Source: Leucoraja ocellata (lineage: Eukaryota). Taken from it: a stretch of DNA of 64,000 nucleotides. The position numbers were made by a program, and so were the translations under genes. Below are positions 1 through 14,295 of the stretch, in pieces. Under the pieces are notes generated by a model, which was not told the DNA's origin, did no database searches, and was given only the letters and a program-made list of their open reading frames with translations. Every line of letters begins with the position of its first letter. Position 1 is the stretch's first letter. The stretch spans positions 1,364,001-1,428,000 of the forward strand of contig JAWMAR010000276.1 in NCBI GenBank assembly GCA_036785375.1, in the 5' to 3' direction.

Positions 1-639
1 TTTTAATTTTGTAGGCTACAGATAAACAATCTGAAAGAAATTTTAAATCTGCCATTTGTCAAATTGACCCACACACTGCAAATGTCTTACATACAATATA
101 TACTATACACTATACAATAGTGAACAGATTAGATCTCGCAATATTTTAAATACTGTAAGACTTAAAATACTATCTTGCCCTTCTGATTTCATCTTTATAA
201 ACCTTACATATGCCCCCTCTTTCGTTTTGGCCAAATGTACAACTTCTTTGGTCATCTAAGTTTCCCTTAATTTGCTAACCTTATCTCTCCTCCTCACTGG
301 AACATGTAATTCCTGAACTCTGATCAAACACGAATTCCACATGTCAGAGGTCGACTTGCTCAATAACAGTAAGTTAGCATGTGAAACTAAATTAGGTGGC
401 ATCATAGATAGTGAATACGGTTATCATAAATTACAGCAGGTCCTTGATCAGATGGGCAATTGGGCTGAGGAATAGTTAATGGAGTTTAATGAAGATAAGC
501 GCGAGGTATTGCACTTTGGGAAGTCAAACCAAGGCAGGATATTCATAGTGAATGGTAGAGCCCTGCATGGTGGACAAACCCTCCAGCAGGTGCTCACTGA
601 GTGCCATGTGACAGTCTCCCCGAATAGTAAAGCAACTAG

Positions 640-940
640 TAGCGGCACAGCGGTAGAGCTGCGGCCACAATGCACCCGAGATCCGGGGGTCAATCAAGAC
701 TGTGAGTGCTATCCGCGTGGAATTTGCACATTCTCCCTGTGACTGCGTGGGATTGCTCTGGGTGCTCCGGTTTTCTCCCACATTCCAAAGTCGTGCAGAT
801 TTGTTGGTTAATTGGCCTCAATAAATTGCCCTCAGGGTGGGATGCAAAACTGGGTTAACATAGAACTAGTACAAACAGGTGATCGTTGGTTGGTGTGGAC
901 AAAGTGTCTGTTTCCACGCTGTATCTCTAAACTAAACTTC
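640..940 (+). mobile_element. tRNA-derived V-SINE (HE1-like)
   Basis: ggcacagcggtagagc head, ttctccctgtgactgcgtggg...ctcccacattccaaag core, taaac-repeat tail; similar copies at 24410-24680(-), 25920-26220(+), 62300-62480(+). Confidence 0.7.
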
Positions 941-1659
941 ACTGCCTCTTTAACCTTCCTCACTATCATGTCTGAAACATTGAAACCCTGGAATGTTGAG
1001 TATCAGTCCCACCTCTCTCACAGCTAAGTCTCTGCAAAGGCTACAACCACACAATTCTGAGCACTGATCCAGGTTCTAAGTGAATCTGCTTTACCCACAC
1101 CATGTTGTTGGAATCAACACACTTCAGCCTATTCATTTCACCAAATTCCTTAACGTCTCCCTGCCTATCCTTTCTTTGAGACTTACTAGTTATAACCTGT
1201 ACCTTCCCGTCAGTCCTTCCATTTGCTGACCTGCTCTGGTTCCCACCCCATGCCACACTAGTTTAAACCCCCCCAAGTAGCATCAGCCAACCTTCTTGCA
1301 AGGATATTGGTTCCCTTCAGTTCAAGTACAATCTGTTCCTCTTTTCCTGAAAAAAAAAAAACCAAATGGTCCAAAAATCCGAATCTGTGCCAGCTCCTCA
1401 GCCACGCAAACTCCTCAGTCACACATTTGTCTTATTTTCCTCTTCCTACCCACATTAGCATAAAGCACCAGGCATAATCCAGAAATTACCACCCTCAAGG
1501 TCCTGCTTTGTAACCTTTTGCCTAATTCCCTATATTCACTCTGCATGACCTCACCCCCTTTTCTACCCATGTCATTTGTGCCAATCTTCTACAAAGTATC
1601 TATGAGATGCAAAACGTAACTTTTTTTTTGCAAGTTGTTTTCATTGTTGATTAACTTAC

Positions 1660-1779
1660 CTGAATATTTGTGAGCTCTGTTGCCATTAAGAGTGCAATTG
1701 TGACTCCAAGTGAAAGTCCGACAAGGGCAACCTTGCCTTTGGCAACCTTTGGATGGTTATTCAAGGCAACAAAGGCCTC
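1660..1779 (-). CDS. ACOT exon with catalytic Ser ([25 protein letters not shown]...)
   Basis: acceptor tacag, donor gtaagt, 120 nt, phase 0-0, GxSxG. Confidence 0.9.
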
Positions 1780-4700
1780 CTGTATGTCAGTGAATAATAT
1801 ATTGCAGTATCTTGTTATTTAACAGCAACATCACCAAATCCAACAATAGTACACATCAAACACTTAAATTGTTTTGATCCTGGAATCATGAGAGACCAAC
1901 ATGACTTCTGCCAAGCTTTGCCTGTGCATGGACTGCCACGTTTTACCTTCCTTACCTCGAAATAAGAAAGTTTTGGTTCAAAGACTTCCTTTGACGGTGG
2001 AACATCTTTATGTCCTGTATAAGCCAAGGCGAGCACTGCATATCCTCTGGATGCAAGTAGAGCTGCTCGGTATTCCATTAGACCTCCTCCACCACCCCAC
2101 ATGTCCAGGATTGCAGGAAATGGTCCAGGGCCTAATAAATACATCAGGATATGCAGTTCTGAAAGGCAGCCAACAGACTGTTTGAACATAGAACAATATG
2201 TACAGCATCTTAATCATGATGTCTGCACTGTGAAAAACATCCATTTATATAGCACCTATAGACCCATTAAGGTGGAATATATGTGCATATACTGCATTTC
2301 GTTGTCTCTGTACTGTACACTGACAATGACAATTAAAGTTGAATCTGAATCTGAATTAGAGACAGTCTAGGGTAGGTTCTCTGTCAATTAATGGGATGTA
2401 GGGACTGACTGCTGAGGGAAGGTCAAGCAACTTCGGACTATGCTCAAAGAAGTTTAGAAGAAAGAAAGGAAATTTAGATATTGAGAAATTAATTCTCCTG
2501 GTGGTGGCAAAATCTGAAAAGTAGAATGAGAGGCATCCATGCAAGAAAGATGATGGGGAATTTCTTGAGAGTTTTTGAATTTCTTGCACTCTTTTACTGA
2601 TAAATATTGAAGGCCAAGATAGATGTTTGGTTTATAGGGACATCATCAGTTTTCGGAAACAGATAGGAAAATGAAGCCAAGTCCATGAATGTATTGATTG
2701 GCTGAGTATACATGGGCTGTATAAGCCTCCTCCGATTCTAATTATGTTTAAGTTAAATTATTGTAATATGAAGATTGCTGCAGCCAATTTCCACACAGAA
2801 GCTCTCAATCATCAATTGCTGCATGACAGAATTGTAGTTCATGCTAGTGGGTTTTACTTCCCACGTATTAAAACGGTTACATTTTTAAAAATAAAAATTG
2901 CCAAGTATAGCTAATTTTGTATCTGCAGGTGCTTGTTTTCTATTTTGCTGATATCTGCATTGTTAAAGAATTCTAAGGCTACAGTATGAAGTGATCCAAA
3001 TTCGAAGCAGTTTGATGGCTCAGCTGAGTGACATTGGACTTCCAAATATTTAATAATTGGAGAAAATATCTGCTCATCTGTGACTGGATTTCAGACAAGC
3101 AGATGGGCAATTGAAAGATGATGGGGTTGAGAATGAGGTTGAATCAATGTACTGAAATGTTTTGTTGGTTTTGCGAGCATTTGGAAGGGGCCAGGCATTA
3201 ATCCTTGAATGACAAATGGAATTCATAGTGGAGGTAGTTGAAGCAGGTAACATCGCAATGTTTAAGAGACATTTAGACAGGTACATGGATAGGACAGATT
3301 TAGAGGGATATGGACCAAACGCAGGTCGGTGGGACTAATGTAGATAGGACATGCTGGCCGATGTGCGTAAGTTGGACCGAAAGGCCTGTTTCCACACTAA
3401 GACTTCATGACATCAAAGACACCAAAACAGTGTGGTGTGCGAGCTGGAATAAAAATCAATGCTGGGATTCTCTGATCTTGGGTGCAGTTTCAAATAACAG
3501 AACAACAATAAAAAAAAGATGTAATTAAATCGACCATCGGTGGCGAGTCAAGAAGAATAAAGAGGGATAATCTATTCTTGGCATCATCACATTAATGTCC
3601 TTTGTAACCTTGATAACAGTAATGTTTCAGTGCTGTGGCATGAGAATACATCCAATTACAAGGATTAAACGTGGCATTCAAGAAAAGATGAACATGGACA
3701 TGGAAGGTAACATCACTAGACTACATCACTAAAACAATGATTGTAATAATTTGTATATTAATATCATTGATCCCGAAAGTAAAGAGCTCAACCTTATATC
3801 ATATCAGAATCAAAAAGAATAAATTAATAGCATATAATCTATGTGAATATTTTGTACATGTCCAGATCATGCAAATATTACATTACTTGTTCTGGGTTTT
3901 ATAACTTTGGAAGGGAATTAAAAATTAAGTTGGAATCTCCAGGATTTATTTTCTCATGTTTTTCCATTAATTGCAATTGTATTTTTTTTAACACATATTT
4001 TTATATCACAAGGCAATTTATAAAGCTATTGAAAACATTAACTTGTCAAGACCAAGAACTGATTTGTAACATTCAAGAAAGTTTGTTGAGCTGAAAAATC
4101 TTCACGCCCAATTTTTGATTACCCAGGGCAGGGGCAGAGGGTCATTGAGATGGCTGTTTCCCAGAGATTCACTTTGGAATATATGAATGACCCTTGTTAG
4201 CCTTGACATCAGAACTATAGGACATTGTTAAGAAACTAAAGAACTTAAACCCATTAAACAATATCATATCAAAGTTGAAAAGAGTAAAACAGCAGACATA
4301 CACATTAAATCATATGGCGTGAAGGCCGAGTCATCAGAGGGAAGGAAGGAAGGAAGGAAGGACTGGAGGTAGGACATGCAGTGTATTGAAGTCTTGGGAA
4401 ATTGACAGTGACGAATGAGGCTTTCTGTAGAGCATTAATTTCAATACATTGGGGATCATGGGATGAAGAATGTGCTGATGGCTCTTTTTGGAGCTTAGAA
4501 ACAACAAGAGGAAATTTCAGAGAACAACACCACAATAAAATATACCATAACAGAGGTCATGATGCCATGAAATCTGTCAGCTCTGAATACTGGGGTAATG
4601 TAACGCATATTCTAGAACAAGGGGTCACAAGGATAAGGGGGAAGTCTTTAGGACCAAGATGAGAAAAGCATTTTTTACACAGAGAGTGGTGAATCTGTGG

Positions 4701-7700
4701 AATTCTCTGCCTCAGAAGGTAGTTGAGGCCAGTTCATTGGCTATATATAAGATGTGGCCCTTGTGGCTAAAGGGGTCAGGGGGTATGGTGAGAAGGCAGG
4801 TACAGGATACTGAGTTGGATGATCAGCCATGATCATATTGAATGGTGGTGCAGGCTCGAAGGGCCGAATGGCCTACTCCTGCACCTATCTTCTATGTTTC
4901 AATGTTTCTATATGAAATTAATTGAATCAAACACACCTTACTAATCCTTCTCCAACCTCCCTTTCCTATTTTAAAGATACATTGGGTATGCAAGCAAATA
5001 ATTTAATTGTGCCTAGTCACATGTGACAATAAAGTATTCTATTCCAAGATCGGAATGCTCAGAACAATCTTGCTCGAGGAACAAACTTTTACTGGATTTT
5101 CAATGAAAAGGGTAAAGGGTAAAATGCAAAATAGTCAGTTAGTGCATCAACACTATTTCAGAGGTCAAAAAATTGAGCCAATACACCTGTGTCTCCCTAA
5201 ATAGGTTGAAACTTAAACTTTACTTGCGAGAACAAGTATATCATCTGAATCATTAGTGAGAATAAATTGCATCCTCCAAGATGTTGCCACGTTGAGGGAT
5301 CATTATTTGCCTCTTTCTATGGCAGGGTCTTAGGGTTCGCCAACCTAGATTTTTTGCTAGGCTGCATCATCAACAGAAACATTTTGGGCAAAAAATTCAA
5401 AAATCTGAACACACGATCTTGCTATACAAGAACTGTTTGACGTATTTTCCTAAATATCCTTCAATGTAATTCACTGAATTCAAGCCATATTGGTATACAT
5501 GAATACATACTAAACTACATAACATCATATTTTTCTGTATTTTTCATGGTATGGAATCAGGTAGGGACAAGAAAGAAAATGACATAGTTTGAGAATAATT
5601 GCAGTAAATTCCAAGAGGAACACGAGGTGAAAGGAAATAAAGACAAAGGATGGAATATTATCACTCTGCAGCACTGCATTCCATTACCTGGTGGAAAGAA
5701 TAGTGTTCCAACGACACGGCCCTCTTTGAACTCTAACCTGGTGGCGCCTGGGGCCATATAAAAGCGTTCTAATACAACTGATGCCAGAACTACAGCCTTG
5801 TCAAAATTACTGGAAATCCAACCATCATAAACTGAAACAGTTACTGTAAGTGGGGTGGTCATATTCTTCTTCCTTAACCTAAAAGGTAAATTGGCAAATT
5901 TAAGACATAAAAACCTGTATCTGAACATCAAAGGTTTAAAAATGGGAAAAGGGCTAGTGGGGAATTGTATAAACTTATTCTTTTGCCGTTCCTTAAAGTA
6001 GGAACATATCCTGTGGATAAAAAGGAACTAGAGATACTATATAGTATATTTGCATTCGAAGAAGGCATTTGATAATGCATTTGATAATCCAGTTATTACA
6101 ACAACAAAAACTGATGGTCTCGGAGAAAACACATAGGCACAGATAGATGATTCAAGAAAGAACTGCAGATGCTAGATGATTGTTTGGCTCATAGAAAAAA
6201 GAACGCAAGATTAATAGGCCTTTTTCAGATTGGCAAAATGCAACAAATGGGTACAGTTGATAATTTTAAAGGGTCACAACGGGCACATAAGTTGTGAAGA
6301 GTACTCAGGGATGCTGCAAAGATATACAGTGCCCTCCATAATGTTTGGGACAAAGACCCATCATTTATTTATTTGCCTCTGTACTCCACAATTTGAGATT
6401 TGTAATAGAAAAAAAATTACATGTGGTTAAAGTGCACATTGTCAGATTTTATTAAAGGCCATTTTTATACATTTTGGTTTCACCATGTAGAAATTACAGC
6501 TGTGTTTATACAGGCCCCTCCCATTTCAGGGCACCATAATGTTTGGGACACATGGCTTCATAGGTGTTTGTAATTGCTCAGGTGTGTTTAATTACCTCCT
6601 TAATGCGGATATTCAATTCAATTCAATTTAATTGTCATTTGGACCCCATGAGGTACAAACGAAATGCCGTTTCTGCAGCCATACATTACAAACAAATAGA
6701 CCCAAGACACCACATAATTTACATAAACATCCATCACATCGCTGTGATGGAAGGCCAAAAAAACTTATCTCTCCACTGCACTCTCCCCCCCCCCCGATGT
6801 CAGAGTCAAAGTCAAAGCCCCCGGCTGGCGATGGTGATTGTCCCACAGCCATTAAAGCCACGCCGGGTGGTGCGAGGTCGCACACCGGGTCTTGGTGTTA
6901 GAGCCCCCGGCGTGCGCTCGCAGAGTCCCGCGGCCATTCCAAGCCGCGCGGGGTGGTGCTGTAGGCCCCGTTCCAAGAGCTCTTCGACCCCGCAACTCGG
7001 GCGGGAGAAGTCGCCGTTGCAGGAGCCCTGAAAAGCGGTCTCCCTCCAGGGACCCGCGGGCTCCCGGTGCTGCCGTCCGCCAAACCCGCAGTTGCAGCCT
7101 CCGAATCTCTGGAGGTCGGGCCGCAGCAGCAGCAGCGCTCCACCCGCTCCGGACTCGGCCAGCTCCGCGACGAGGTGAGTCGGCACCAGAGTCCCCGGTC
7201 TTCTCCTGTTGGAGGCCGCTCCACATTGCAGCCCCAACGACAACGGAGACCCGACAAAGAAAAGGTCGGGTCTCCCGTGCAGGGAGAGATTTGAAAGTTA
7301 CCCCCTCCCTCCCACGCCACCCCCACCCCCCACACACACACCCCAACAAAAAATAACAAAAACTACATAAAAACATAGACAAAGATAATAAAAACGCGGA
7401 CGGGCTGCAGAGGCTGCTGCTGACGTGAGTCGCGCCGCCTACGTAAGAGAGCTTTCAGCACCTAATCTTTACTCCAGTCTTTCCATCACCTTTGGAAACT
7501 TTCATTGCTGTATATAAACACGAGGACCAAAGTTGTGCCAATGAAAGTCAAATAAACCATTATGAGACTGAGAAACAAGAATAAAACTGTTAAGAGACAT
7601 CAGCCAAACCTTAGGCTAACCAAAATCAATTGTTTGGAACATCATTAAAAAGAGAGCACTGGTGAGCTTACTATTCGCAAAGGGACTATTCGCAAGTAAG

Positions 7701-10700
7701 ACCTCCAATCCCCAAACACCTGTCTGACAGATCAGAAACACTATTCAGGAGTCAGGTGTGGATTTGTCAATTAACAGAATTTCATGAACAGAAATACAGA
7801 GACTACATTGCAAGATGCAAACCACTGGTTAGCCACAAAATAGGATGGCCAGTCTACAGTTCGCCAAGAGTACTTAAAAGAGCAACCAGAGTTCTGGAAA
7901 AAAGGTCTTGTGGACAGATGAGACGAAGATTAACATATCAGAGTGATGGCAAGAGCAAAGTATGGAGGAGAGAAGTAACTGCCCAGGATCCAAAGCATAC
8001 CACCTCATCTGTGAAACACAGTGGTGGGGGCGTTATGGCCTGGACATATATGGCTGCTGAAGGTACTGACTCATTTATCTTCATTGATGATACAACAGCT
8101 GATGATAGTAGCATAATGAATTCTGAAGTGTATAGACACATCCTATCTGCTCAAGTTCAAACAAATGCCTCAAAACTCATTGGCCGGCGGTTCATTCTAC
8201 ACCAAGACAATAATCGCAAACATACTGTTAAAGCAACAAAGGAGTTTTTCAAAGTTAAAAAATGGTCAATTCTTGAGTGGCCAAGTCAATCACCCGATGA
8301 ATTAATGAATTAATAAGCTTATTGGCCAAGTATTCACATACAAGGAATTTGCCTTGGTGCTCCACCCGCAAGTGACAACATGACATCCAGTGACAGATAA
8401 GAATGATACATAAAACATTAAACATTAATAATAAAAACATTATTGATTAAACATGTGAATTAAATAAAATACCAGAACAAAAGGAGGCAACAAATTTTTG
8501 GTTATTGAGTAGAGTTATTACTCGTGGAAAAAAAGCTGTTTTTATGTCTGGCTATGGCAGATTTGAATCCATTTGAGCATGCCTTTTATATGCTGAAGAG
8601 AAAACTGAAGGGAACTAGCCCCCAAAACAAGCATAAGCTAAAGATGGCTGCTCCATACAGGCCTGGCAGAGCATCACCAGAGAAGACATCCAGCAACTGG
8701 TGATGTCCATGAATCGCAGACTTCAAACAGTCAAAGGATATGCAACAAAATACTAAACATGACTACTTTCATTTACATGACATTGCTGTGTCCCAAATAT
8801 TATGATGCCCTGAAATAGGGGGGACTATGTATAAACTGCTGTAATTTCCATATGGTGAAACCAAAATGTATAAAAATGGCCTTTATTCAAATCTGACAAT
8901 GTGCACTTTAACCACATGTGAATTTTTCTATTACAAATCTCAAATTGTGGAGTAGAGGCAATATAAATAAATGTTGGGTCTTTGTCCCAAACATTATGGA
9001 GGGTACTGTAGATAGGTTGAGTGGCCAAAGACCTGGTAAATGGAGAATTATGCTGGAGAATGTAAAATTATTCATCTTTAAGAAAAATAAATAACATTAC
9101 CTAAATGCTGAGGTATTACAGAGGTATCAAAGTATTCTTGTACATTATATCAAAAAGCTTTAAGTTTCAGCTCCAGCAAATAATTAGGAAAGTGACCAAT
9201 TATTTTTATTTATTACTAGGAACATTGAATATAATAATTGAGAATTTATGTTTCAAATGTACGGCATAAGAGTATAGTATTTGTCTTATTTATGGATAGA
9301 AATGCACTGGAAGCTGTTCAGAAGTAATTGGATGACCAAGAGCAGTACAAAGAGCAATGCAAATTGCTGAATTTATATATTATGCACCATCAGTTATGGC
9401 AGCCTCGCCAACGGTCTGTCTGTCTATTCGTCCTTTTGTTATTTTTAGGGTGTTTTAAAAAGTATGTGTTAATGTTCTCTGGTTTGTTTTATGTGGGGGG
9501 GGGGGGGGGGGGGGGGGAGGGGGTTGGAGGAAACTTTTTCTCAATCTCTTACCTTGCCGGAGATGCGATTGTTTTTCAGTTCGTATCTCCGGTCGCTCTG
9601 CGGCCTAACATCATGGAGCTGGCCGCCTTGCACGGAACTGACTTTGAGCCCCACCGCGGGGACTTACCATCGGAGCCTTGCCTGGGATCGTCACTCCAAC
9701 TGCGGCCTGCGGATTTCAACATTGAGGAGCCTGATGTCGGGAAGTCGCAGAATGTTTGACACACCCCGACCAACCGGCGTGGGGAGCTGAGATCCCCCTG
9801 ATGCGGGAGAATGATTGCCCCGATGCGGAGGGCCTAACCTCCGGCTATGGGAGCCAAGATCGTCCCGTCAACGGAAGGCTCAAGGCCCCACACCGTGGGA
9901 GAATAAAGAAGGGAAGAGATTGAACTTTTTTTTGCCTTCCATCACAATGAGGAATGTGGGGGAGTCACTGTGGTGGATATTTATGTTAAAATGTATTTTG
10001 TGTGTATTGTTGCTTCTTATTGGTATGACTATATGGCAAATCAAATTCCTCATATGTTGCAAAATATACTTGACTAATAAAGTATGATTATTATTACGAT
10101 CTAAAACACACAATCATCCCACCATACACAAGGTGCTTAATTGCACCTTGTAAGGTTTCAATGGGATCTTGCAAACTCATGTGTACTGTCTGGAGGAGGT
10201 AGAAGCTACATGGAAACATCATTAATGACAGCTCCCCTCCATGTCACAAAACAGGCTTATTCATAAATATAAAGATACTTTCGTCATCATTAGAAATCCT
10301 GGAATTCCCTACCTAATAACACTTTTGGAGTAGCTTCATCACATTAACTGCAACATTCTTTTCAAAAACTTTTGGAACTAGCAATCTCTGTTCTATTAGC
10401 TTTAAAACAGTTATGTATAAAGACATGGCGGGCCCACAACTTAAATTTCTGAATTGGGCCAGGGCCAAGTTTGATGGTATTAAACTGGAACTTGCTGAAG
10501 TCTATTGGAGTAGGCGGTTTGCTGGCAAAAGAACGTCCAATAAGTAGGATTCTTTTAAAAGTGTGACGTCAAGAGTTCAGGCCATGCATGTTCCTGTTAC
10601 GAGTGAAGGGTGAGAGGAATTGAGGCTCTGGTCGGGAAAGGAGGTATGGGACATGTATAGTCAGCTGGAATCAAATGTATCCCTGGAAGTTTCAGAATGA

Positions 10701-13700
10701 TAGGACATTGGCTAATGTTGTGCCTCTATTTCAGAAGACTTAAAAGAAAAGCCTGGGAACTATAGGTCAGTGAACCTAACATCTGCCATAAGCAAGTAAC
10801 AGGAGAGCATGTTGAGCCATAAGATATACGCACTTGAACAGATAGGGGCTGAGACTCGACGACTTGAGCTACAGCGAGAGGTTAGGCAAGCTAAGACTTT
10901 ATTCCTGGAGTGCAGGAGGCTGAGGGGTGACCTTAAAGTGGTGTATAAAATCATAAGGGGAATCCATAGGGTGAATGCACAGTCTTTTACCTAGATTAGG
11001 GGCATCAAGAACCAGAGGACAGGTTTAAGGTGAGAGGAGAAAGATTTAATAAAAACCAGAGCGGCTATTTTTCCACACCAGACGGTGGTGTGTATATGTA
11101 ACGAGCTGCCCGAGGAGGTAATATATCAGGTACTATAATAACATTTAAAAAACATTTGGCCAGTACATGAATAGAAAAGTTTTGGTGGGATAAATGGAAA
11201 AACACAGGCAGGTGGGACGAATGTAGATGGGGCATCTTGATCGGCATGGGCAAGTTGGGCCAAAAAGGTTCCGTGTTATATGACTCTATAAATGCTCTCC
11301 TTGTCAGAATGTCCCCATTTCATGAGTGGAAGAAAATAAATGCAACAACAGCCACCAAGCCGCAAAAACAAATTAAAAAACAACACAGAAAAATAACTCC
11401 ATGTTCCATCCATTTAATCATCATAAAAAAACAATACCTCATTGCTGGACGATTATCAGGTGCAAGCTTCATGCTCCAGATTAAGCCCATTGACTCTTGA
11501 CCAATGTAGGTGCCTCCCAATGATTCATCTTGGCTGACTATGACATTAAAAATAACATTTTTTTTTAAACTTACCAAAGTTTTACTTACACTTCCATCCA
11601 GATGAAAATGTTGAACTGTGTGGATCTACATGATTTATTTATTGATGTAACAATGTTTTTTCCCCCAGAGACAAGCCATATTACAAAGTTTAATGTTACA
11701 AAGTTTAATGATAGGGGTAGATGATCATTCTCATATTGACTTGGAAACAGATAAAAATCAAATGAAAAGTTATTTTCTTTCCTCCCCTCATCTTATTTCA
11801 CCATTAAACGCACAAGAACAAGCTACATTGATTGTGTGTAGTGTTTTAGTCTTAGTCACGCCAGATTGATCACGAAAACATTTTTCTATTTAGTTGCATA
11901 ACCATTACATAGTATTGCAAAAACAAGAACCATAGATCACAGAAACAGGTTTGTGCCACCTCTGATAAAACCAGAGAGATTTATAAAAACTATTATTTCC
12001 TCTCTATGTTCAAAATATCTGTCAAGCATAACATTGTCCCAAGTATTAGCAATGCAAAACTTCTCAGTAAAAGGCAAAATGTGAATGGTGTAATTTAGCT
12101 GTACGAACCTCGGACGATCCCCTTCGAATCACTGATGTAGTGGGCATACGCCATCCACCAATCATCATCCTCAGACAGAAGCTGCGAGTGCAGTGTAATC
12201 TGCTGGTTTGGAACTAAATGTGCAATCTCAAGCTTGACTGGTTCATCCACAAGCCCCCTTGTTGGCTCAGCTTTGATTATCGGTGCCACACCGAGACTAT
12301 TACTCATTGCTATACCTAAATTTAAAGAACAAATATCCATGGGAATATCCATATAATAGCACATAACAATGTTATTTCACTTATTTATGAACAACTAATG
12401 ATGAACAGATACCGGTATACCAGAACCAAACACAATCAGTCAATGAAAAAATAATATGTACAAATCCAGAATCACCAATTCACCCCCGGGTAGGCCTCGG
12501 GGTAAATGTACCCCACATTGGGAACCCTTGCGGGACTAACCCATCCATTTATTTCTGCTTTATTTTAAACTGTAGTTCTCCATGCTGTTTAAAAAAATAT
12601 TGCAATTATTTTTTGCATCACTTCAATATCTCCTCCAAGAAGAGAAAAGTTTCAGTTTCAGTTCAGTTTAGTTTATTGTCATGTGTACCAAGGTACAGTG
12701 AAAAGCTTTCGATGCATGATAACCAGTCAACGGAAAGACAATACATGATTACAATCAGACCATTCACAGTGTACAGTAGAGAATAACATTTACTGCAAGA
12801 TAAACCCAGCAAGGTCCGATCAAAGATAGTCCGAGGGTCACTGTGGAAGAAAATATTAATATCCTTTCTTACTTAATTTTGAATAGGACTGTAAACTCTG
12901 ATCTCACATGGGAGTAATTACTGTTGTGTCTTTTTTTTTTAATGTAAATACTGGTTCTGTTCTGTTGCTTTGCACAATCCCGCAGATCATTGCCACTTTC
13001 ATTTCACTGTACATCTTGTATGTGTATGTGACAAATAAAGTTGACTTGACTTGACTTGATTGGAATTGAACAAGGTAACGAAAGGGTGTTTGGATGTGAC
13101 AATTGGCATCTATCGTTGACCAGGTTTAGAAGAGGTTTGTTGGAATTGGCTAAGTAAGATTAGACGTATTACCTCTTATCTAGGAATGTGTTGAAGGGTG
13201 GATGGTAAATGTGAACATGAAATAGTAGACGAAGATAAGGAAGCTTGTTTCTCTCAGCAGTGTGTTACAGTAGACCACCCGCGCCCCCTACCGCTAGTTA
13301 CGTAGATACATTGCAGTAAATGGGGGGCTTATGATTGGCTCGGACAGGGGATTGTGGCGCCGTCACCTAAAAGGTGAGATAGAATAATGTCAAGATCCCC
13401 TATTATTGTGTTTGACTTGTATTAAGCATCTGTTGTAGAATAAGATTGACATTAACAACAAGTATGTTATGACTAATGAAATAATTGGTACCCATGTAGT
13501 AGATAGTAAATTTTCGTATAGTTGTATCTAACAAAAAAACAAAAGTTGTTTACTGCACAGTGTAACTGTCGGCTAATTCTGCTGTGTAGTCAGGGAACTG
13601 TTGAGCATTTAACTGCCGCCATCTCTCCATGATATCATGTAATAAAGTCTCTTGACCTGCGAAGTCTCCGCTTTCATTTTCCTCTAAATTAATTTCTTCC

Positions 13701-14295
13701 ACAGTCACCAATGAGGAGATAGCAGTTCAGGACTGCTCTCTAGTTGCAGTAAGATGGTTCAGTTGCCTAATTAACAGCTGGGAAGAAACTGTCCCTGAAT
13801 CTGGAGGTGTGCGTTGTCACTCGTCTGTACAGTTTGCCCGATTTGAGAGGGGAGAAGAGGGAGAAAAGGGAACTAAAACGAAAATGTAACCTAATGCTCT
13901 GTATATGTTGAATTGAATTTCAAATAATTTTTTATGAGCTTTTAAAAATCTATTACACTACATCCACATCATTCACTTTCACTATAAACGTTTACAGAAC
14001 TTAGTTTACATTATGTGATATTAGGTAAATGAACTGGAAATTATGGCAGTTTAACAGCGTCTTCTCATTCCTTTCAGTGGATTTATTAATTAAAATTGAT
14101 TATGTTGCAAGATATCATTAAATAGCATTAAAAAAATTAAAAAACCATATATCATTTTTCATTAGATCAAAAAGGTGAGGTCCTACCGTACAATACTGTA
14201 CCTGAAGTGAGCAGTCTTCTAATAGATGGTTTTATTTTATAGGAATTACTATAATAGCTGCCTCTTAAGAATCGCAGTATCCAAAAATATTTCAT
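1660..14295 (-). CDS. Type-I acyl-CoA thioesterase (ACOT1/2/BAAT family), spliced model, 5' six coding exons; 3' end probably lies left of the window
   Basis: join(complement) 14202-14295, 12109-12315, 11438-11537, 5688-5878, 1956-2131, 1660-1779; all GT-AG with compatible phases. Family motifs [66 protein letters not shown], nucleophile elbow GLSLG. Confidence 0.92.
1956..2131 (-). CDS. ACOT exon ([17 protein letters not shown]...)
   Basis: acceptor attag, donor gtaagg, 176 nt, phase 1-0. Confidence 0.92.
4585..4912 (+). mobile_element. CR1-type LINE 3' end
   Basis: gtggtgaatctgtggaattctctgcc...gggccgaatggcctactcctgc with (tatgtttc)n tail. Confidence 0.75.
5688..5878 (-). CDS. ACOT exon (LRKKNMTTP...ERFYMAPG...GTLFFPP)
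   Basis: acceptor tttag, donor gtaatg, 191 nt, phase 2-1. Confidence 0.92.
6327..9008 (+). mobile_element. Tc1/mariner transposon, degenerate, IR/DR-type long TIRs, two nested insertions
   Basis: TA|cagtgccctccataatgtttgggac ... gtcccaaacattatggagggtactg|TA; transposase remnants [31 protein letters not shown] at ~7540-8755. Confidence 0.92.
6612..7443 (-). mobile_element. GC-rich non-autonomous non-LTR element nested in the Tc1
   Basis: (attga)n 3' tail on minus strand; 3' region shared with 55336-55795(+) and similar to 9392-10095(+). Confidence 0.65.
9392..10095 (+). mobile_element. GC-rich non-autonomous non-LTR element
   Basis: 3' block tgccttccatcaca...gtggatatttatgt shared with the 6612 and 55336 copies; aataaa plus (tta)n tail. 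Confidence 0.6.
10430..11290 (+). mobile_element. CR1 LINE fragments
   Basis: degenerate [10 protein letters not shown] and [16 protein letters not shown] motifs, then CR1 3' UTR. Confidence 0.75.
11438..11537 (-). CDS. ACOT exon ([22 protein letters not shown]...)
   Basis: acceptor catag, donor gtattg, 100 nt, phase 1-2. Confidence 0.92.
12109..12315 (-). CDS. ACOT exon, start of thioesterase N-domain; second in-frame ATG at 12307
   Basis: acceptor tttag, donor gttcgt, phase 1-1; [24 protein letters not shown]. Confidence 0.9.
12842..13703 (+). mobile_element. Solo LTR
   Basis: TGTGGAAGAAA...TTTCTTCCACA termini, 5-bp TSD GTCAC (12837-12841, 13704-13708), AATAAA near the 3' end. Confidence 0.85.
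14202..14295 (-). CDS. ACOT first coding exon, putative mitochondrial targeting peptide
   Basis: acceptor ttcctttactag 3 nt before ATG, donor gtacag; [31 protein letters not shown] is basic, has no acidic residues, and is in frame (phase 1) with the next exon. Confidence 0.72.

Noticed and set aside
6564-7382. Stack of long overlapping ORFs on both strands
   Set aside because: GC-rich retroelement nested in a Tc1; few stops are expected by composition and no protein motifs were seen.
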